Assembly: GCA_965216735.1 (NCBI GenBank)
Contig: OZ244198.1
Location: 629,628-693,627 of the forward strand
Source: Arenicellales bacterium
GTDB taxonomy: Bacteria; Pseudomonadota; Gammaproteobacteria; Arenicellales; CBDCFT01
DNA: 64,000 nt
Direction of reading: 5' to 3'
The notes under the pieces were generated by a model. It was not told where the DNA came from. It was given only the letters and a program-made list of their open reading frames with translations, and did not search any database. Of this stretch, positions 20,071 through 30,769 are shown piece after piece (within the stretch, counting starts at the first letter, position 1; each line of letters opens with the position of its first letter). Position numbers and translations under genes: made by a program.

Positions 20071-20886
20071 ATGCGCAGGTGGCTATTACTTCTGTTAGTA
20101 ATGCCTGGTTGGGCGGCCGCCGAAATCGGCAGTAGCCGAGCGGCCACCCAAAGGCCGTTCGCTATCGAACGGATTGCTGCGTTTGCAAAAAGTGTCGAGC
20201 AATCACTGGCGGAAAACGGCGCAATCGTCGCGTTAGTGGCGAGAGCAGGGCGACCGCGTGACGGACTTCCGCCCGGTGTGGAATTTACCCATGTAGGCTT
20301 AGCGGTCTATTCGAAGATAGAAACAACCGACGACCGTACCCTACAGGGCTATGCGACATACAACCTTTATCAAAAAACGGATCGACTCAATGAGAGCGAG
20401 CTGGTGCAAGACTATATGCTGGATTTTTTTCTCGGTGCTCAAGAGTTAAAAGCGGGTATTATTATTCCCCACAAAAAACTTCAGCGTGAGTTATTGGAAA
20501 TGATTGTAAACAACTCCTGGCGCGATTTGCATAATTCGCATTACTCGGTCATGTCGAATCCGTTTAACAACAAGTATCAGAATTGCACGGAATTTATCCT
20601 TAATGTCATGCATGCTGCTATTTACGACACCAGGGACATCCCGCGCATTAAACAAACAATACGTGAATACTACGAACCCTATCGGATACGAAAGAATCCC
20701 TTAGCGGTGATGGTCGGCGGGATGTTTAGCAAAGAAATCGCGGTGAACGATCACGAGGGGGCGTTCATGACTTCGACTTTTGGCAGTATCGCCGACTATA
20801 TGAAGAAATATCAGCTCGCCGAGAACACCTATACGATCAAGACTGATTCACTAAAAAACGTTTTCGTAATACACGATGTGCATTAA
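20071..20886 (+). CDS. Secreted hypothetical protein, 271 aa (possibly DUF2145-like; from memory)
   Basis: Signal peptide [17 protein letters not shown]. It contains a single conserved-looking Cys in [17 protein letters not shown]. Confidence 0.5.
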   Translation: MRRWLLLLLVMPGWAAAEIGSSRAATQRPFAIERIAAFAKSVEQSLAENGAIVALVARAGRPRDGLPPGVEFTHVGLAVYSKIETTDDRTLQGYATYNLYQKTDRLNESELVQDYMLDFFLGAQELKAGIIIPHKKLQRELLEMIVNNSWRDLHNSHYSVMSNPFNNKYQNCTEFILNVMHAAIYDTRDIPRIKQTIREYYEPYRIRKNPLAVMVGGMFSKEIAVNDHEGAFMTSTFGSIADYMKKYQLAENTYTIKTDSLKNVFVIHDVH

Positions 20887-21742
20887 TTTCATCGCGCAGT
20901 TTAACGGTCACATCGTGTGCTGCTTGTGCGAAATCGTCATCTGAACTAGCATAAAGCACCGCGCGGGAAGAAGAGATAATGAGGCCGGTTCCATCGGCGG
21001 TGCAACCATTCTTGACAATGGCAGCGACATCACCGCCTTGCGCACCTATACCAGGAACCAGAATAGGCATGTCATCAACGAGCTTACGGATTTCGCCCAG
21101 CTCTTCTGGATAAGTAGCGCCCGCGACCAACAGGCAATTGCCATTATCGTTCCACTTGTTCGCAACCTTTGATGCAACATGCTGGTACAAGGGAAGTCCC
21201 TCAAGGCTTAGATTCTGAAACTCCGCTGACCCGGGATTGGAGTTTCGACATAAGACCAGAACACCCTTATTTGCATAATCGAGAAACGGTTGAACCGAAT
21301 CCTTGCCAAGATAGGGATTGACCGTTACCGCGTCTGCAGTATATCGCTCAAACGCTTCTTCTGCGTAGTGTTCCGCAGTGGAGCCAATGTCGCCTCGTTT
21401 GCTATCCAGGATAACAGGAACATCCGGGTAGTTGTCGTGAATGTAACTTATCGTCTGTTCCAGTTGATCTTCGGCTGCGCACGACGCATAGTGGGCGAAC
21501 TGCGGTTTGAATGCGCACACCAGATCGTGAGTGGCGTCAATGATTGCTTTGTTGAACGCGAATATTTTATCCGTCCGATTTTTTAATTCACCTGGAAAGC
21601 GTGCTGGATCAGGGTCGAGGCCGACGCATACCAGAGAGTTGTTGTCTTCCCAGGCCTTGCGAAGTTTTGGTATAAAATTCAAATGGGGATTTGAAGGAGG
21701 TTTTGGTTTTTCGCGAGCAAGCTCGCTCCTACAAAGACCCAC
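20837..21742 (-). CDS. pyrF: Orotidine 5'-phosphate decarboxylase, type 2 (long form)
   Basis: [35 protein letters not shown] and [10 protein letters not shown]. The first ~20 codons of the tracked ORF run through a REP copy, so the real start is probably internal (for example TTG at 21682). Confidence 0.85.
   Translation of the reverse strand: MGLCRSELAREKPKPPSNPHLNFIPKLRKAWEDNNSLVCVGLDPDPARFPGELKNRTDKIFAFNKAIIDATHDLVCAFKPQFAHYASCAAEDQLEQTISYIHDNYPDVPVILDSKRGDIGSTAEHYAEEAFERYTADAVTVNPYLGKDSVQPFLDYANKGVLVLCRNSNPGSAEFQNLSLEGLPLYQHVASKVANKWNDNGNCLLVAGATYPEELGEIRKLVDDMPILVPGIGAQGGDVAAIVKNGCTADGTGLIISSSRAVLYASSDDDFAQAAHDVTVKLRDEINAHRVLRKRFLVNQS
21710..21732 (-). repeat. REP family A copy (reverse orientation)
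   Basis: TTCGCGAGCAAGCTCGCTCCTAC is the exact reverse complement of the family A unit. Confidence 0.85.
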
Positions 21743-21821
21743 AATTGACGGGTAGGAACGACTTTAGCCGCGAATGTGTTGCTCACGATAAATCGATTAG
21801 TACTATGATTGGTTATGGGGA

Positions 21822-22838
21822 TCAAACAGGGCTTTCGCAATACATTTGCAATTTATCATATAACGCTTGTTTGATTGTAGCACCTTCTTTTCGTATGCGT
21901 TTCCGCGCCTGTATACGCCGTTGTCCGGGCAAGCGTGCGCCTTGTTGCGATGTGATGGCTTCAATCAAAGTTTGCATGTTATCACGATAAGCGTCACCAC
22001 CAAAATGGTCGGGGTTGATGGCAACAAAGAACTGCCCTGTGCGGGTTGGGCCACCGGTATTATCGGCGAAGGAACTGGCGTTGATGCTTAACGTAGCGCC
22101 GGTTAACGCCGCCGCCATGGTTTCAACAATCAGCGCTTGCCCCGCGCCTTTGTATCCGCCTGCCGGAACCATGGTGCCGCCCAACGCGGTTTTTGGATCG
22201 GTGGTAGGATTACCGTCTTTATCTAATGCCCAGCCTTCGAGAATAGGTTCGTTGTTGTTGGCATGTACAATAATTTCGCTCTTAGCAACCACGCTGGAAG
22301 ATTGATCAACAACGAAAACGGCTTCGTTGTTGTCACCCGGCACTGCGCAGGAAATGGGATTCGTTCCGAATACGGCTTTAACACCGCCGTACGGTGCAAT
22401 CGATGCTGGGGCGTTGGTAAAGGCCAGCGCTACCAATCCACTATTGGCCAGCTTCTCGGTGTGATAACCCAATACGCCACAGTTATAAGAATTGATAACG
22501 CCTAATGCCACTACACCGAGTTCTTTGGAACGTAGTATCAGATGTTCAAAACCAAGATCGATAGCAGGATGGGCGAAACCGTCCTTCGCGTCCACGGTTA
22601 ATGCTGCACCGTTGTCTTTCGCCATGAAAGGCGTTGCGTTGCCATCGATCTTGCCGCAACGCGCGTGTTCGCAGTATGTCGGCAAACGCGCCAGGCCATG
22701 ACTATGAATACCGTCCAGCTCGGAAGCAACTACCGATTCGGCAACAGAACGTGCATTGTTTTTGTTGGTGTTGCTGGCTAATAGTGCGTTTAACGTAAGT
22801 TCTGTAACATCATCGATGGAAAGCGTGACGGTGGTCAT
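21822..22838 (-). CDS. Ldh_2 family oxidoreductase (malate/L-lactate/sulfolactate/ureidoglycolate dehydrogenase-type)
   Basis: 338 aa with ELDGIHSHGLARLPTY and GYKGAGQALIVE, typical of this family. It begins 3 nt downstream of the GMC gene stop. Confidence 0.8.
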   Translation of the reverse strand: MTTVTLSIDDVTELTLNALLASNTNKNNARSVAESVVASELDGIHSHGLARLPTYCEHARCGKIDGNATPFMAKDNGAALTVDAKDGFAHPAIDLGFEHLILRSKELGVVALGVINSYNCGVLGYHTEKLANSGLVALAFTNAPASIAPYGGVKAVFGTNPISCAVPGDNNEAVFVVDQSSSVVAKSEIIVHANNNEPILEGWALDKDGNPTTDPKTALGGTMVPAGGYKGAGQALIVETMAAALTGATLSINASSFADNTGGPTRTGQFFVAINPDHFGGDAYRDNMQTLIEAITSQQGARLPGQRRIQARKRIRKEGATIKQALYDKLQMYCESPV

Positions 22839-22841
22839 GGT

Positions 22842-24479
22842 TTAGTTTGTATCGTTTAGAATCATATCCGCCGCTTTCTCTCCGATCATAATGGTCGGTG
22901 CATTGGTGTTGCCTGATGTGATGGTCGGCATAATTGACGCATCGGCGACACGTAAATTTTCCATTCCATGCACACGTAACTGCGAACTAACAACGGCAGT
23001 TGCATCATCTGATGGCCCCATTTTACAGGTGCCAGCGGGATGATAAATGGTGGTCGCGGTATTGCGTGCGTGGTCGAGTAATTCATCATCTGTCACCACG
23101 TCCGGTCCTGGATCCAATTCTTCCGCTACGAAAGGCGATAGTGCTTTGGTTTTAATCAGATCACGGGACACTTTCATGGCCGCAATAGCTATTTCGCCGT
23201 CATACTCCGACGCAAGGTAATTCGGATGAATGGCAGGGTAGTCCATAGGATTCGGTGACTTTAGCCTTATCTCACCGCGGCTTTGTGGCCGTAGTTGGGT
23301 GACAGAAGATGTAAAAGCAGCGTATTTGTGCAGACCTTCGCCTGGACTATCGGCGCTTAAGGGTTGAATGTGAAATTGAATGTCGGGCCGGTCAAGTTCC
23401 GGTCGAGTCTTGCAGAATATACACAATTGACTGGCACCCATGGTCATCGGGCCCGTGCGGAACAACAGATATTCAACGCCCATGAGCATGCGTCGAAAGG
23501 GGTTATTGACTTCGTTGTTTAACGTCGGTCTGGTGCAGCGATACATCGCACGAATTTGTAAATGATCTTGCAGATTTTTTCCTACACCTGGCAAGTCCTG
23601 TTCAACGTCAATATTCAACCCTTGCAAAGTATTGCCGTCACCAATACCGGAGAGTTGCAAAATTTGTGGTGAACCGATGGCACCTGCAGAAAGAATAACT
23701 TCGCGAACGGCATTCACGGTTCTTAGGTCACTGCCAACAGCAAATTTCACCCCTTTAGCGCGTTTTGATTCCAGTACAATGCGATGTACCAACGCGCGAG
23801 TGACTACATCGAGATTAGGACGTTTTTTGGCCGGTTTTAAATAACCAACAGCGGTACTCCAGCGGCGGCCCTTGTAAGCCGTCAGTTGAAAATAACCGGC
23901 GCCTTCTTGTTGGGCGCCGTTGCTATCGTCGTTGGCCGGAATGCCGATTTCCTGGGCCGCTTCGATATACGCATCGCAGACATCACGACGAATACGCATA
24001 TTGGAGACTTTTAACGGGCCGCCCACACCGTGATATTCGTTGGCGCCGCGTTCCTGGTCCTCAGACTTAATGAAATAAGGTAATACGTTTTCATACGACC
24101 ACCCGGGATTACCCAAAGATTCCCATTCGTCATAGTCTTGTGCTTGGCCACGCACGTAAAGCAAACCGTTTAACGAGCTCGACCCACCCAACACTTTGCC
24201 ACGTGGCCACTTGATACTGCGACCGTTTAAACCAGGATCAGGCTCTGTTGTGTAACACCAATCCGTTTTCGGATTGTGCATGGTTTTGAAATAACCCACT
24301 GGAATATGTATCCAGGGATAACGATCCGGCGCTCCCGCTTCTAATAGTAAAACTTTATTGTGCGAGTCGGCGGAGAGCCGATTGGCTAAAACACAACCGG
24401 CCGAACCCGCGCCGACAATGATGTAGTCGTACTGAGGTTTGATATCAGGCATCTGGAAAGATAAATTTGGTACTGTCAA
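22842..24479 (-). CDS. GMC family FAD oxidoreductase (choline-dehydrogenase-like), copy 1
   Basis: [48 protein letters not shown] and ADASIMPTITSGNTNAP. Confidence 0.85.
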   Translation of the reverse strand: MTVPNLSFQMPDIKPQYDYIIVGAGSAGCVLANRLSADSHNKVLLLEAGAPDRYPWIHIPVGYFKTMHNPKTDWCYTTEPDPGLNGRSIKWPRGKVLGGSSSLNGLLYVRGQAQDYDEWESLGNPGWSYENVLPYFIKSEDQERGANEYHGVGGPLKVSNMRIRRDVCDAYIEAAQEIGIPANDDSNGAQQEGAGYFQLTAYKGRRWSTAVGYLKPAKKRPNLDVVTRALVHRIVLESKRAKGVKFAVGSDLRTVNAVREVILSAGAIGSPQILQLSGIGDGNTLQGLNIDVEQDLPGVGKNLQDHLQIRAMYRCTRPTLNNEVNNPFRRMLMGVEYLLFRTGPMTMGASQLCIFCKTRPELDRPDIQFHIQPLSADSPGEGLHKYAAFTSSVTQLRPQSRGEIRLKSPNPMDYPAIHPNYLASEYDGEIAIAAMKVSRDLIKTKALSPFVAEELDPGPDVVTDDELLDHARNTATTIYHPAGTCKMGPSDDATAVVSSQLRVHGMENLRVADASIMPTITSGNTNAPTIMIGEKAADMILNDTN

Positions 24480-24633
24480 GTTAACAAGAAGAAAGCCAAA
24501 AAATACCTACAATTTGGTACATTCTCATTTAGCAGACGCACGTAAGCATTCGTCAAATACTAAACGACCGATTTCTCAGTCTTCTATAGTTCTCAGCACT
24601 GATTAAAATGTCTACCAATCTGAAAAAGATTGT

Positions 24634-24999
24634 TTACCTGACTATGGACAGACAAAAATTGTTGTGCCTGGCCAGAAGATTTAAATCGTCGCATTTGCCG
24701 CTCCTGCGCTCGTGTATGTTCGTGCGAAACTTCAACTCGATTGTTTGCAAAACGGTCGTCCAGGCCAGTGACAACAAAAGCAAAATCCGCGTGACCATTG
24801 CCAACGCTAACTCGATTATCCTTGCGGAGTTTCTACGATCTTTAGGTAGGCGGCTTACAACAATTGAAATAAAAATAATATTGTCAATGCCCAATACAAT
24901 CTCTAAAGCGGTCAGTGTTGCTAATGCCAACCAAGCTTCCGGATTTGTAACCCATTCAAACATTTGTTCTCTCTCGGCAAAAATTTTTGGTTCAGTCAA
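24634..24999 (-). pseudogene. TerC/YoaE-family membrane protein remnant (only ~80 N-terminal codons homologous)
   Basis: MFEWVTNPEAWLALATLTALEIVLGIDNIIFISIVVSRLP...RILLLLSLAW is a typical TerC-family N-terminus. After about 24760 the reading frame becomes unrelated sequence and stops. Confidence 0.6.
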
Positions 25000-25057
25000 G
25001 AGCTGAGTCGTTCAAATGCTTAATTTTTATCACTGGCAATATTAGAGCACTATGGAG

Positions 25058-25830
25058 GGTACTGACAACTTAACGAGGGATAGTAGATAATCAAGGGATG
25101 AATATATACAAACGCCATAGATTTCCCTCTGAAATTATTAGTTATGCAGTCTGGCTCTACTACCGCTTCAACCTCAGTCATCGAGATATCGAGGATTTAC
25201 TCGCCGAGCGAGGAATAGTTGCCAGTTATGAATCAATCCGCCGATGGTGTATAAAATGTGGTCCCAAGTACGTCAAGCGATTGAGGCGTAAGCACCAAGG
25301 TTACGGTGATACTTTTTATATCGACGAGGTGTTCGTGAAGATTGACGGCAAGCAGCACTATTTGTGGCGAGCGGTTGATCAAGACGATGAGGTCGTGGAT
25401 GTGTTTCTCCAATGTCGCAGAGATGGGAATGCTGCCAAGCGGTTCTTTAGGCGACCGTTAAAAACGCATCGTAGCGAGCCAAGGAAAATCGTGACAGATA
25501 AATTGAGAAGCTATGGTGTTGCACACCGAGAACTCATTCCAGACACTATTCATGATACAGCACAGTATGCCAATGATCGGGCAGAACTATTGCATCAACC
25601 TACTCGAGTTAGAGAACGAGGGATGCGACGATTTAAATCGGCACGCCAGGCTCAACGATTCTTGGGTATCCACGCAGCTGTGTTCAACCTATTCAATCTT
25701 GGCCGCAATTTAGTTTCTGCTGAGCACTATCGATTCCTTCGGCGAGATGTGTTTAATCGATGTTCAGAGGCAGTAGCCTGATATTCGACGATAGATTAAT
25801 CGAGTCCGCAGAAGTTAAGTTATCAATACC
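25058..25830 (+). mobile_element. IS6-family insertion sequence, 773 bp
   Basis: The left terminal inverted repeat is GGTACTGACAACTTAAC (25058-25074). The reverse complement of 25814-25830 is GGTATTGATAACTTAAC. The 8-bp flanks differ (CTATGGAG versus TGCCAGGT), so there is no target duplication. Confidence 0.85.
25098..25781 (+). CDS. IS6-family transposase
   Basis: 227 aa with RHRFPSEIISYAVWLYYRFNLSHRDIEDLLAERGI, FYIDEVFVKIDGKQHYLWRAVDQDDEVVDV and IVTDKLRSYG. Confidence 0.9.
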   Translation: MNIYKRHRFPSEIISYAVWLYYRFNLSHRDIEDLLAERGIVASYESIRRWCIKCGPKYVKRLRRKHQGYGDTFYIDEVFVKIDGKQHYLWRAVDQDDEVVDVFLQCRRDGNAAKRFFRRPLKTHRSEPRKIVTDKLRSYGVAHRELIPDTIHDTAQYANDRAELLHQPTRVRERGMRRFKSARQAQRFLGIHAAVFNLFNLGRNLVSAEHYRFLRRDVFNRCSEAVA

Positions 25831-25857
25831 TGCCAGGTTTGTCTGGAATTTTCCCTG

Positions 25858-26619
25858 TTAGTCGTCTTCGGCCAACATCGCTAAATCGTTGGCGGCCTCA
25901 CGCAACAATGGTAGGTAGCGTTCACTTTGATTGATGGAGATACGCGACGCCGGAGCCTGGATTGCGAGCGAGCTATAAAATCTGCCTCGCTTATCCTTGA
26001 TAGGTACCGCGATGGCGACAACATCATCATAAAACTCCTGGTTGTCGATCGAAAACTGTTGTCGCTCGATATTATCGACTTCGGCGAGCAGCATGTCGGG
26101 ATTGGTAATCGTGTTTTTTGCGCGAGCCTCAAGGCTTAGCTTATTGATTACCGCCTTGCGTCGGGGTTTTAGTAGCGTACTCAGGTAAAGTTTCCCACTC
26201 GCGGTGCAGTAAAGTGGAACCCGCATCCCGATTGAAAATTGCAGTCGCAAAGGTTCCTTGGTTTCAACGCGATCGGAATAGGCCATGTACAGACCATCAG
26301 GGTAGGCGATATTGCAGGTTTCACCGACTTTTTCTGACAGTTCGGTCAGTATTGCGTGGCGTGTGGCACCGAAACGAGAGTTGGCCAGGACGCCGACAGC
26401 AACATCAAACAGGCGATTGCCGGCCTGATAACTTTTACCATCGATTCTTTTGAGCAGGTATCCCCGCGCTTCGAGTTTGGCGCAAAGCCGGTGCGCGGTT
26501 GCCTTGGGCAGATTCAGCGCCTCGTTGATCTCGGTTGCGCTAAGCGGCTTCGTCGATGCGGCGACGGTGTCGAGAATATCAAGCACCCGCTCGATCGTGG
26601 AGCCGCGTTCGCGTTTCAT
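25858..26619 (-). CDS. IclR-family transcriptional regulator
   Basis: 253 aa with an N-terminal wHTH (LSATEINEALNLPKATAHRLCAKLEARGYL) and an IclR effector domain (GETCNIAYPDG, PLYCTASGKLYLS). Confidence 0.85.
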   Translation of the reverse strand: MKRERGSTIERVLDILDTVAASTKPLSATEINEALNLPKATAHRLCAKLEARGYLLKRIDGKSYQAGNRLFDVAVGVLANSRFGATRHAILTELSEKVGETCNIAYPDGLYMAYSDRVETKEPLRLQFSIGMRVPLYCTASGKLYLSTLLKPRRKAVINKLSLEARAKNTITNPDMLLAEVDNIERQQFSIDNQEFYDDVVAIAVPIKDKRGRFYSSLAIQAPASRISINQSERYLPLLREAANDLAMLAEDD

Positions 26620-26703
26620 ATGTGCTGACCTTTGCCAGGAAAGATATCAGCGAGTCGGGCGCTTGCCCATGACAACGATAGATTGAAGGAGTTGCAGCAT
26701 GAT

Positions 26704-29178
26704 TTACCCACCAGACATTACTTTGGGTAACCAAAGCACCACTTGCGGGAAGATAAACAGCAAGATGAGACCAATGAGTTGAATTCCCATGAACTGCATC
26801 ATCCCAAGGTAGATATCCTTAAGATCCCAATTCGGCACGACCCCCTTCAAGAAGTAGGCTGACAAGGCCACGGGTGGGGATAGCCAGGCTGTCTGCAGGT
26901 TCACCGCCACCAGAATGCCAAACCAGACCATCAGGTCGTATCGAGCCAGTCCGTAAATATCCAACGCCTCTACCGATGGCAGCAAAATTGGCACAACGAT
27001 CAAAACGATGGGCACCCACTCCAGCGGCCATCCGAGCAGGAAGATCAATGCCATGATCAATATCAGTATCAGGTATGGCGACATGTCGAGACCTAGTAGC
27101 AACTCGGTCAACATTTTCGGCGTGCCCAAAGCACTGAATTCGGCGCCAAAGAAGTTCGATGCGGCAACCAGGAACATGATCAAAACCGTGATCTCCAGGG
27201 CTTTGATCAAGCTGTCAAAGAAACTGGGAAAGCTGAACTTGCGGTAACCGATAGATAACAAGATGGCACCAAACGCACCCATCGCCGCGGCTTCAGCCGG
27301 TGTTGCCAAGCCGAGGAGAATCGACCCCAAAGCAAAAGAAATCAGGATCGTCGGAGGCATGAGTCCTCTGAAGAACTCATCCCAGAGCGCCGAGAATTGA
27401 AACTCACTCTCAGCTGCAGCGCTATAAATCGGCCGACCCAAGTACGCCAGAAGCACGGTGAATGCAGCAAAGACGATCGACCAGATCGGCAGGCCACCGC
27501 CCTCGCCCGTATTCGCAACAATCATATAGAGGTGGAAGAGCACCGCGATCGGAGCGACGATCCTGAGTACACTCAACCGTCGGTATGCGGCGTAGGCTAT
27601 GGCACAGGTAACGACTAAAGCGATCAAGCCGCCAAACGGAATCACACCGCCAAATGCACCGCTCAACCCAAGTCCAAAGACACGGCAAACCGTCAAAACG
27701 CCGAGGCAGATCAGCGCCACTTCCGCACCGTAGAAAGCAGAGGTTTTGGGTTGGTCCTCTTCTGCCAAAATTGGCCCGAGGTCTGGATTCAACCAGCAGC
27801 GTCCAAGCGTGTAAAGCAGGTAAAGGGACGCCAGCAGGGCACCGGGAATAAAGGCTGCACGGAACAGGTCGAGGGTTGAGACTTCCAGAACCGGTCCCAT
27901 GACGATCAGCATAATTGAGGGCGGGATCAGAATGCCCAACGTACCGCCGGCCGTGATGGTTCCTGCTGCAAGTTGGACGTTATAGCGGGACCGACTCATG
28001 GTCGCACCAGCCATAATCCCAAGAAGGGTCACAGAAGCGCCCACGATGCCGGTCGCCGCTGCAAAAATTGTGGATACGATCAACACGGCGATGAACAGCG
28101 CGCCGCGGACCCGCGCCATGATCATCTGGATCGATGCAAACAGCCGATCCATTAAGCCCGCCGCTTCCATGATAATCCCCATCAGGACAAAAAGCGGCAC
28201 CGCCATGAGCTGATCGTTTAACATGGTGGAGTTGGTGTTCAGCGTCATCAACAGCGTTGTCAGCTTGAAGTTGGAACCCCAAATACCGAAGACAAAAGCA
28301 AGGAAGATCAACGTGAACGAGATGGGAAAGCCGATAAAGATCACGAACAGCATGGCGCCCAACATGATCAATCCGATAGTAGCCTTGTCCATGTCTGGGC
28401 GGGCAGACATGAGTTTAGAAAACCATTCGCCACCGGGTACCACGTCTGGATTGAAGACGGCCAGAACGAGCCAGGTCAACGCGATTAAATAGACAGGCAA
28501 GGCCCGGACGAACCAACGCTCTCGCTCTTTACCCATCTTGTGAAATGCACGGAAAATCTCAGGGATGCCTTGCAGCAACAAGAGCAAGCCACCTATCGGC
28601 ATGGCCAAACGCGCGGGCCACAAAAGTGGACCCCAAGCACTGTCGATCTGCATGGTTTCATTTGTTGAATAGGCCAGCCACCAGAACTCTGAGGCAATAA
28701 CGGTGAAGAAGATCATCGAAGGAATAAAGAACAAGAGGTACAGTGTTGCATCCACTGTCGCTTGCGTCTTTGCTGACCAGTTTCGATAAAGGAAGTCGGC
28801 GCGGATATGAACCCCACGCATCAGACCATAGCCCGCAGCCGCCATGAAGAGCACGCCGGCTAACATTCGACTGGTGTCATACACCCAGAGTGTGGGGCCA
28901 AGTCCAATGGCCCGGGCGAAATTTTCGAACCCTGCATCTTGCAGGATTGCGAAGGAGTTGCGCGAAAAGACTTCTAACACCACAACTGCAATCAGCGGCA
29001 CCATGAGTAGGGCAATAATCTGGCCCGCGCGATGGTTGAGGACGTCAATGGCTGCCGTAATCGGGCGTTGCCAGGCCGTCATATCCTCTGGCGTTTCACC
29101 CGGTGCCTCAGCACGTCGTTCTGCAATTAGTTCATCGGCAACCTCGAGTTCTTCTGGATTTACCTCTTCTTCTGCCAT
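26704..29178 (-). CDS. TRAP transporter fused permease (DctQ-DctM fusion)
   Basis: 824 aa. After an acidic N-terminus comes a DctQ-like module (GVHIRADFLYRNWSAKTQATVDATLYLLF), then a DctM-like polytopic module (GTLGILIPPSIMLIVMG, SPPVALSAYFLKGV). Confidence 0.8.
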   Translation of the reverse strand: MAEEEVNPEELEVADELIAERRAEAPGETPEDMTAWQRPITAAIDVLNHRAGQIIALLMVPLIAVVVLEVFSRNSFAILQDAGFENFARAIGLGPTLWVYDTSRMLAGVLFMAAAGYGLMRGVHIRADFLYRNWSAKTQATVDATLYLLFFIPSMIFFTVIASEFWWLAYSTNETMQIDSAWGPLLWPARLAMPIGGLLLLLQGIPEIFRAFHKMGKERERWFVRALPVYLIALTWLVLAVFNPDVVPGGEWFSKLMSARPDMDKATIGLIMLGAMLFVIFIGFPISFTLIFLAFVFGIWGSNFKLTTLLMTLNTNSTMLNDQLMAVPLFVLMGIIMEAAGLMDRLFASIQMIMARVRGALFIAVLIVSTIFAAATGIVGASVTLLGIMAGATMSRSRYNVQLAAGTITAGGTLGILIPPSIMLIVMGPVLEVSTLDLFRAAFIPGALLASLYLLYTLGRCWLNPDLGPILAEEDQPKTSAFYGAEVALICLGVLTVCRVFGLGLSGAFGGVIPFGGLIALVVTCAIAYAAYRRLSVLRIVAPIAVLFHLYMIVANTGEGGGLPIWSIVFAAFTVLLAYLGRPIYSAAAESEFQFSALWDEFFRGLMPPTILISFALGSILLGLATPAEAAAMGAFGAILLSIGYRKFSFPSFFDSLIKALEITVLIMFLVAASNFFGAEFSALGTPKMLTELLLGLDMSPYLILILIMALIFLLGWPLEWVPIVLIVVPILLPSVEALDIYGLARYDLMVWFGILVAVNLQTAWLSPPVALSAYFLKGVVPNWDLKDIYLGMMQFMGIQLIGLILLFIFPQVVLWLPKVMSGG

Positions 29179-29308
29179 GCCGCTTCTCCTCGTTAGGTTT
29201 GAACTCGTTTTGAGCTCTCATTATTTGTACTGGGCCAAGGCCCTTCCTTAAAGCAACTTCGAAGCGAGACCCTGACGGGCCTCGCCAAGAAGTCACGTAC
29301 TACTTGTA

Positions 29309-30406
29309 CTATTTGAGTGTGTCTGCGTGTGCGCGACCCAAACTTGCGTTTGAGGTCTGAGCGCCAGCCCAGAAAGGTACGACGGTGTCAGCGAAATCTT
29401 TTTGCGACTGCCATACTTCGGCGAAGAACTCATTCTCTGCCGCAGCGGCTTCAAGCGACTTCTTAGCTGCCGCCATATACTCGGTAAAGTAATCCGCTGG
29501 GGTATCTTCCAGAATAACGCCGTGGTTATCCGTCAGATCTTTCAGCGCTTTGCCGTTCTCATAGATACGGTAGGACATGGACTTTGACAAAGACGCGTTT
29601 GCCGCCACTTCCAGTGCTTTCTTCTCAAGGTCAGTCAGCGAGTCGTAGAAATCGCGATTCACATACATGTCCGCGTTCACGGTCACCTGGTGCAGACCCT
29701 GGAGGTAGTAGTGCTTGAGCACTTTCTGGAAACCGAAGACCGAGTCTGGCTTGGGGCAACACCATTCTGCTGCGTCGATCGTGCCTTTCTCAAGCGCCGG
29801 CAGGATATCGCCGCCGCCCATGGCAACCGCCGGAACACCGATTTCAGCATATGCGGCACCAACCATGCCCGGAGGAGCACGGAAGCGCATTTCACGGAAA
29901 TCATCCATCGACGTGATCGGCTTTGGGAACCAGCCGAGTGCCTCAGGACCTACTGGCTGCAGCATGAATCCCTTGACGTTCACACCCATTTCGTCCCACA
30001 GGCGATCGTACAGTTCTTTGCCACCGCCGTACTGGAACCAGCTCAGGAACGCCATGTTATCGAGACCGACACCAGCACCCGCAACAGGCGCACCGAACAG
30101 GTTAGCCGCAACGTGCTTGCCACCCCAATAGTGTGTCCAGGCAAAACCGCCTTCAACGAGCCCCGCGTCAACGGCATCCATGATGTCTCGCGGTCCAACA
30201 ACAGCACCTGCCGGCAGCACTTCGATGGTGAGTGATCCGTTAGTCAAAGCTGCTACATCATTACCGAACTCATTCAACATAACGACTTCGTCAGCCGTAT
30301 TGGGTAGCACCGACTGGATACGCAAGACCTTGTCAGCCGCCATGGCAGAAGACGCCATGAGCACCAAGGCTGTTGCACAGGTAGTTACATATTTTAGTTT
30401 CAACAT
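29309..30406 (-). CDS. TRAP transporter substrate-binding protein (DctP-type)
   Basis: ATG 30406 is preceded by an AGGAG RBS and followed by signal peptide MLKLKYVTTCATALVLMASSAMA. It is paralogous to the SBP at 4800-5891. The ORF track extends to 30523. Confidence 0.8.
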   Translation of the reverse strand: MLKLKYVTTCATALVLMASSAMAADKVLRIQSVLPNTADEVVMLNEFGNDVAALTNGSLTIEVLPAGAVVGPRDIMDAVDAGLVEGGFAWTHYWGGKHVAANLFGAPVAGAGVGLDNMAFLSWFQYGGGKELYDRLWDEMGVNVKGFMLQPVGPEALGWFPKPITSMDDFREMRFRAPPGMVGAAYAEIGVPAVAMGGGDILPALEKGTIDAAEWCCPKPDSVFGFQKVLKHYYLQGLHQVTVNADMYVNRDFYDSLTDLEKKALEVAANASLSKSMSYRIYENGKALKDLTDNHGVILEDTPADYFTEYMAAAKKSLEAAAAENEFFAEVWQSQKDFADTVVPFWAGAQTSNASLGRAHADTLK

Positions 30407-30769
30407 ATCTACTCCTCTTGTTAAGAAAGCCTTCGCCATGTTACGCGTCGCGAGGCTGAAGGCAACGCCCCGGCGCTTATTGGGCCGGCGATCCGACCTC
30501 AGTTGAATGTGGGAAATCGCCAAAATTTAGCTTAAATGAGACTCCCAGTCTCGATAATACAGCTTTTTTCGATTAAGTAACAGAGCTAAATATACATAAA
30601 TTTGGCCTTGCTGCGCCTCAGGTCGGCACCCATACAACTGAACTTGATGGCGTTATTCAGAATAGAGCGACCTAACAGACCCGTCAAAGTGCCTTAAATG
30701 AGAAAATTTGTTCTTTTTTAGTGTTGTTTATTGTATTGTCGAGCCTAACCGAATAACGATAAGGGACTC

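Noticed and set aside
20837-20886. The 50-nt convergent overlap of pyrF and the 271-aa secreted-protein gene as a possible antisense regulatory arrangement.
   Set aside because: It is more likely a trivial consequence of late stop codons in one or both genes. Nothing in the sequence (hairpins or motifs) supports a regulatory role.
21683-21742. N-terminal 20 codons of the tracked pyrF ORF ([20 protein letters not shown]).
   Set aside because: This stretch is the reverse REP copy at 21710-21732 read in frame. Type 2 PyrF proteins start close to the ...KLR..W.....L.VGLDP block, so an internal start such as TTG 21682 is more likely.
24608-25006. 132-aa plus-strand ORF overlapping the TerC remnant.
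   Set aside because: It is antisense to a recognisable TerC-family N-terminus, has no homology signal, and has low-complexity composition.
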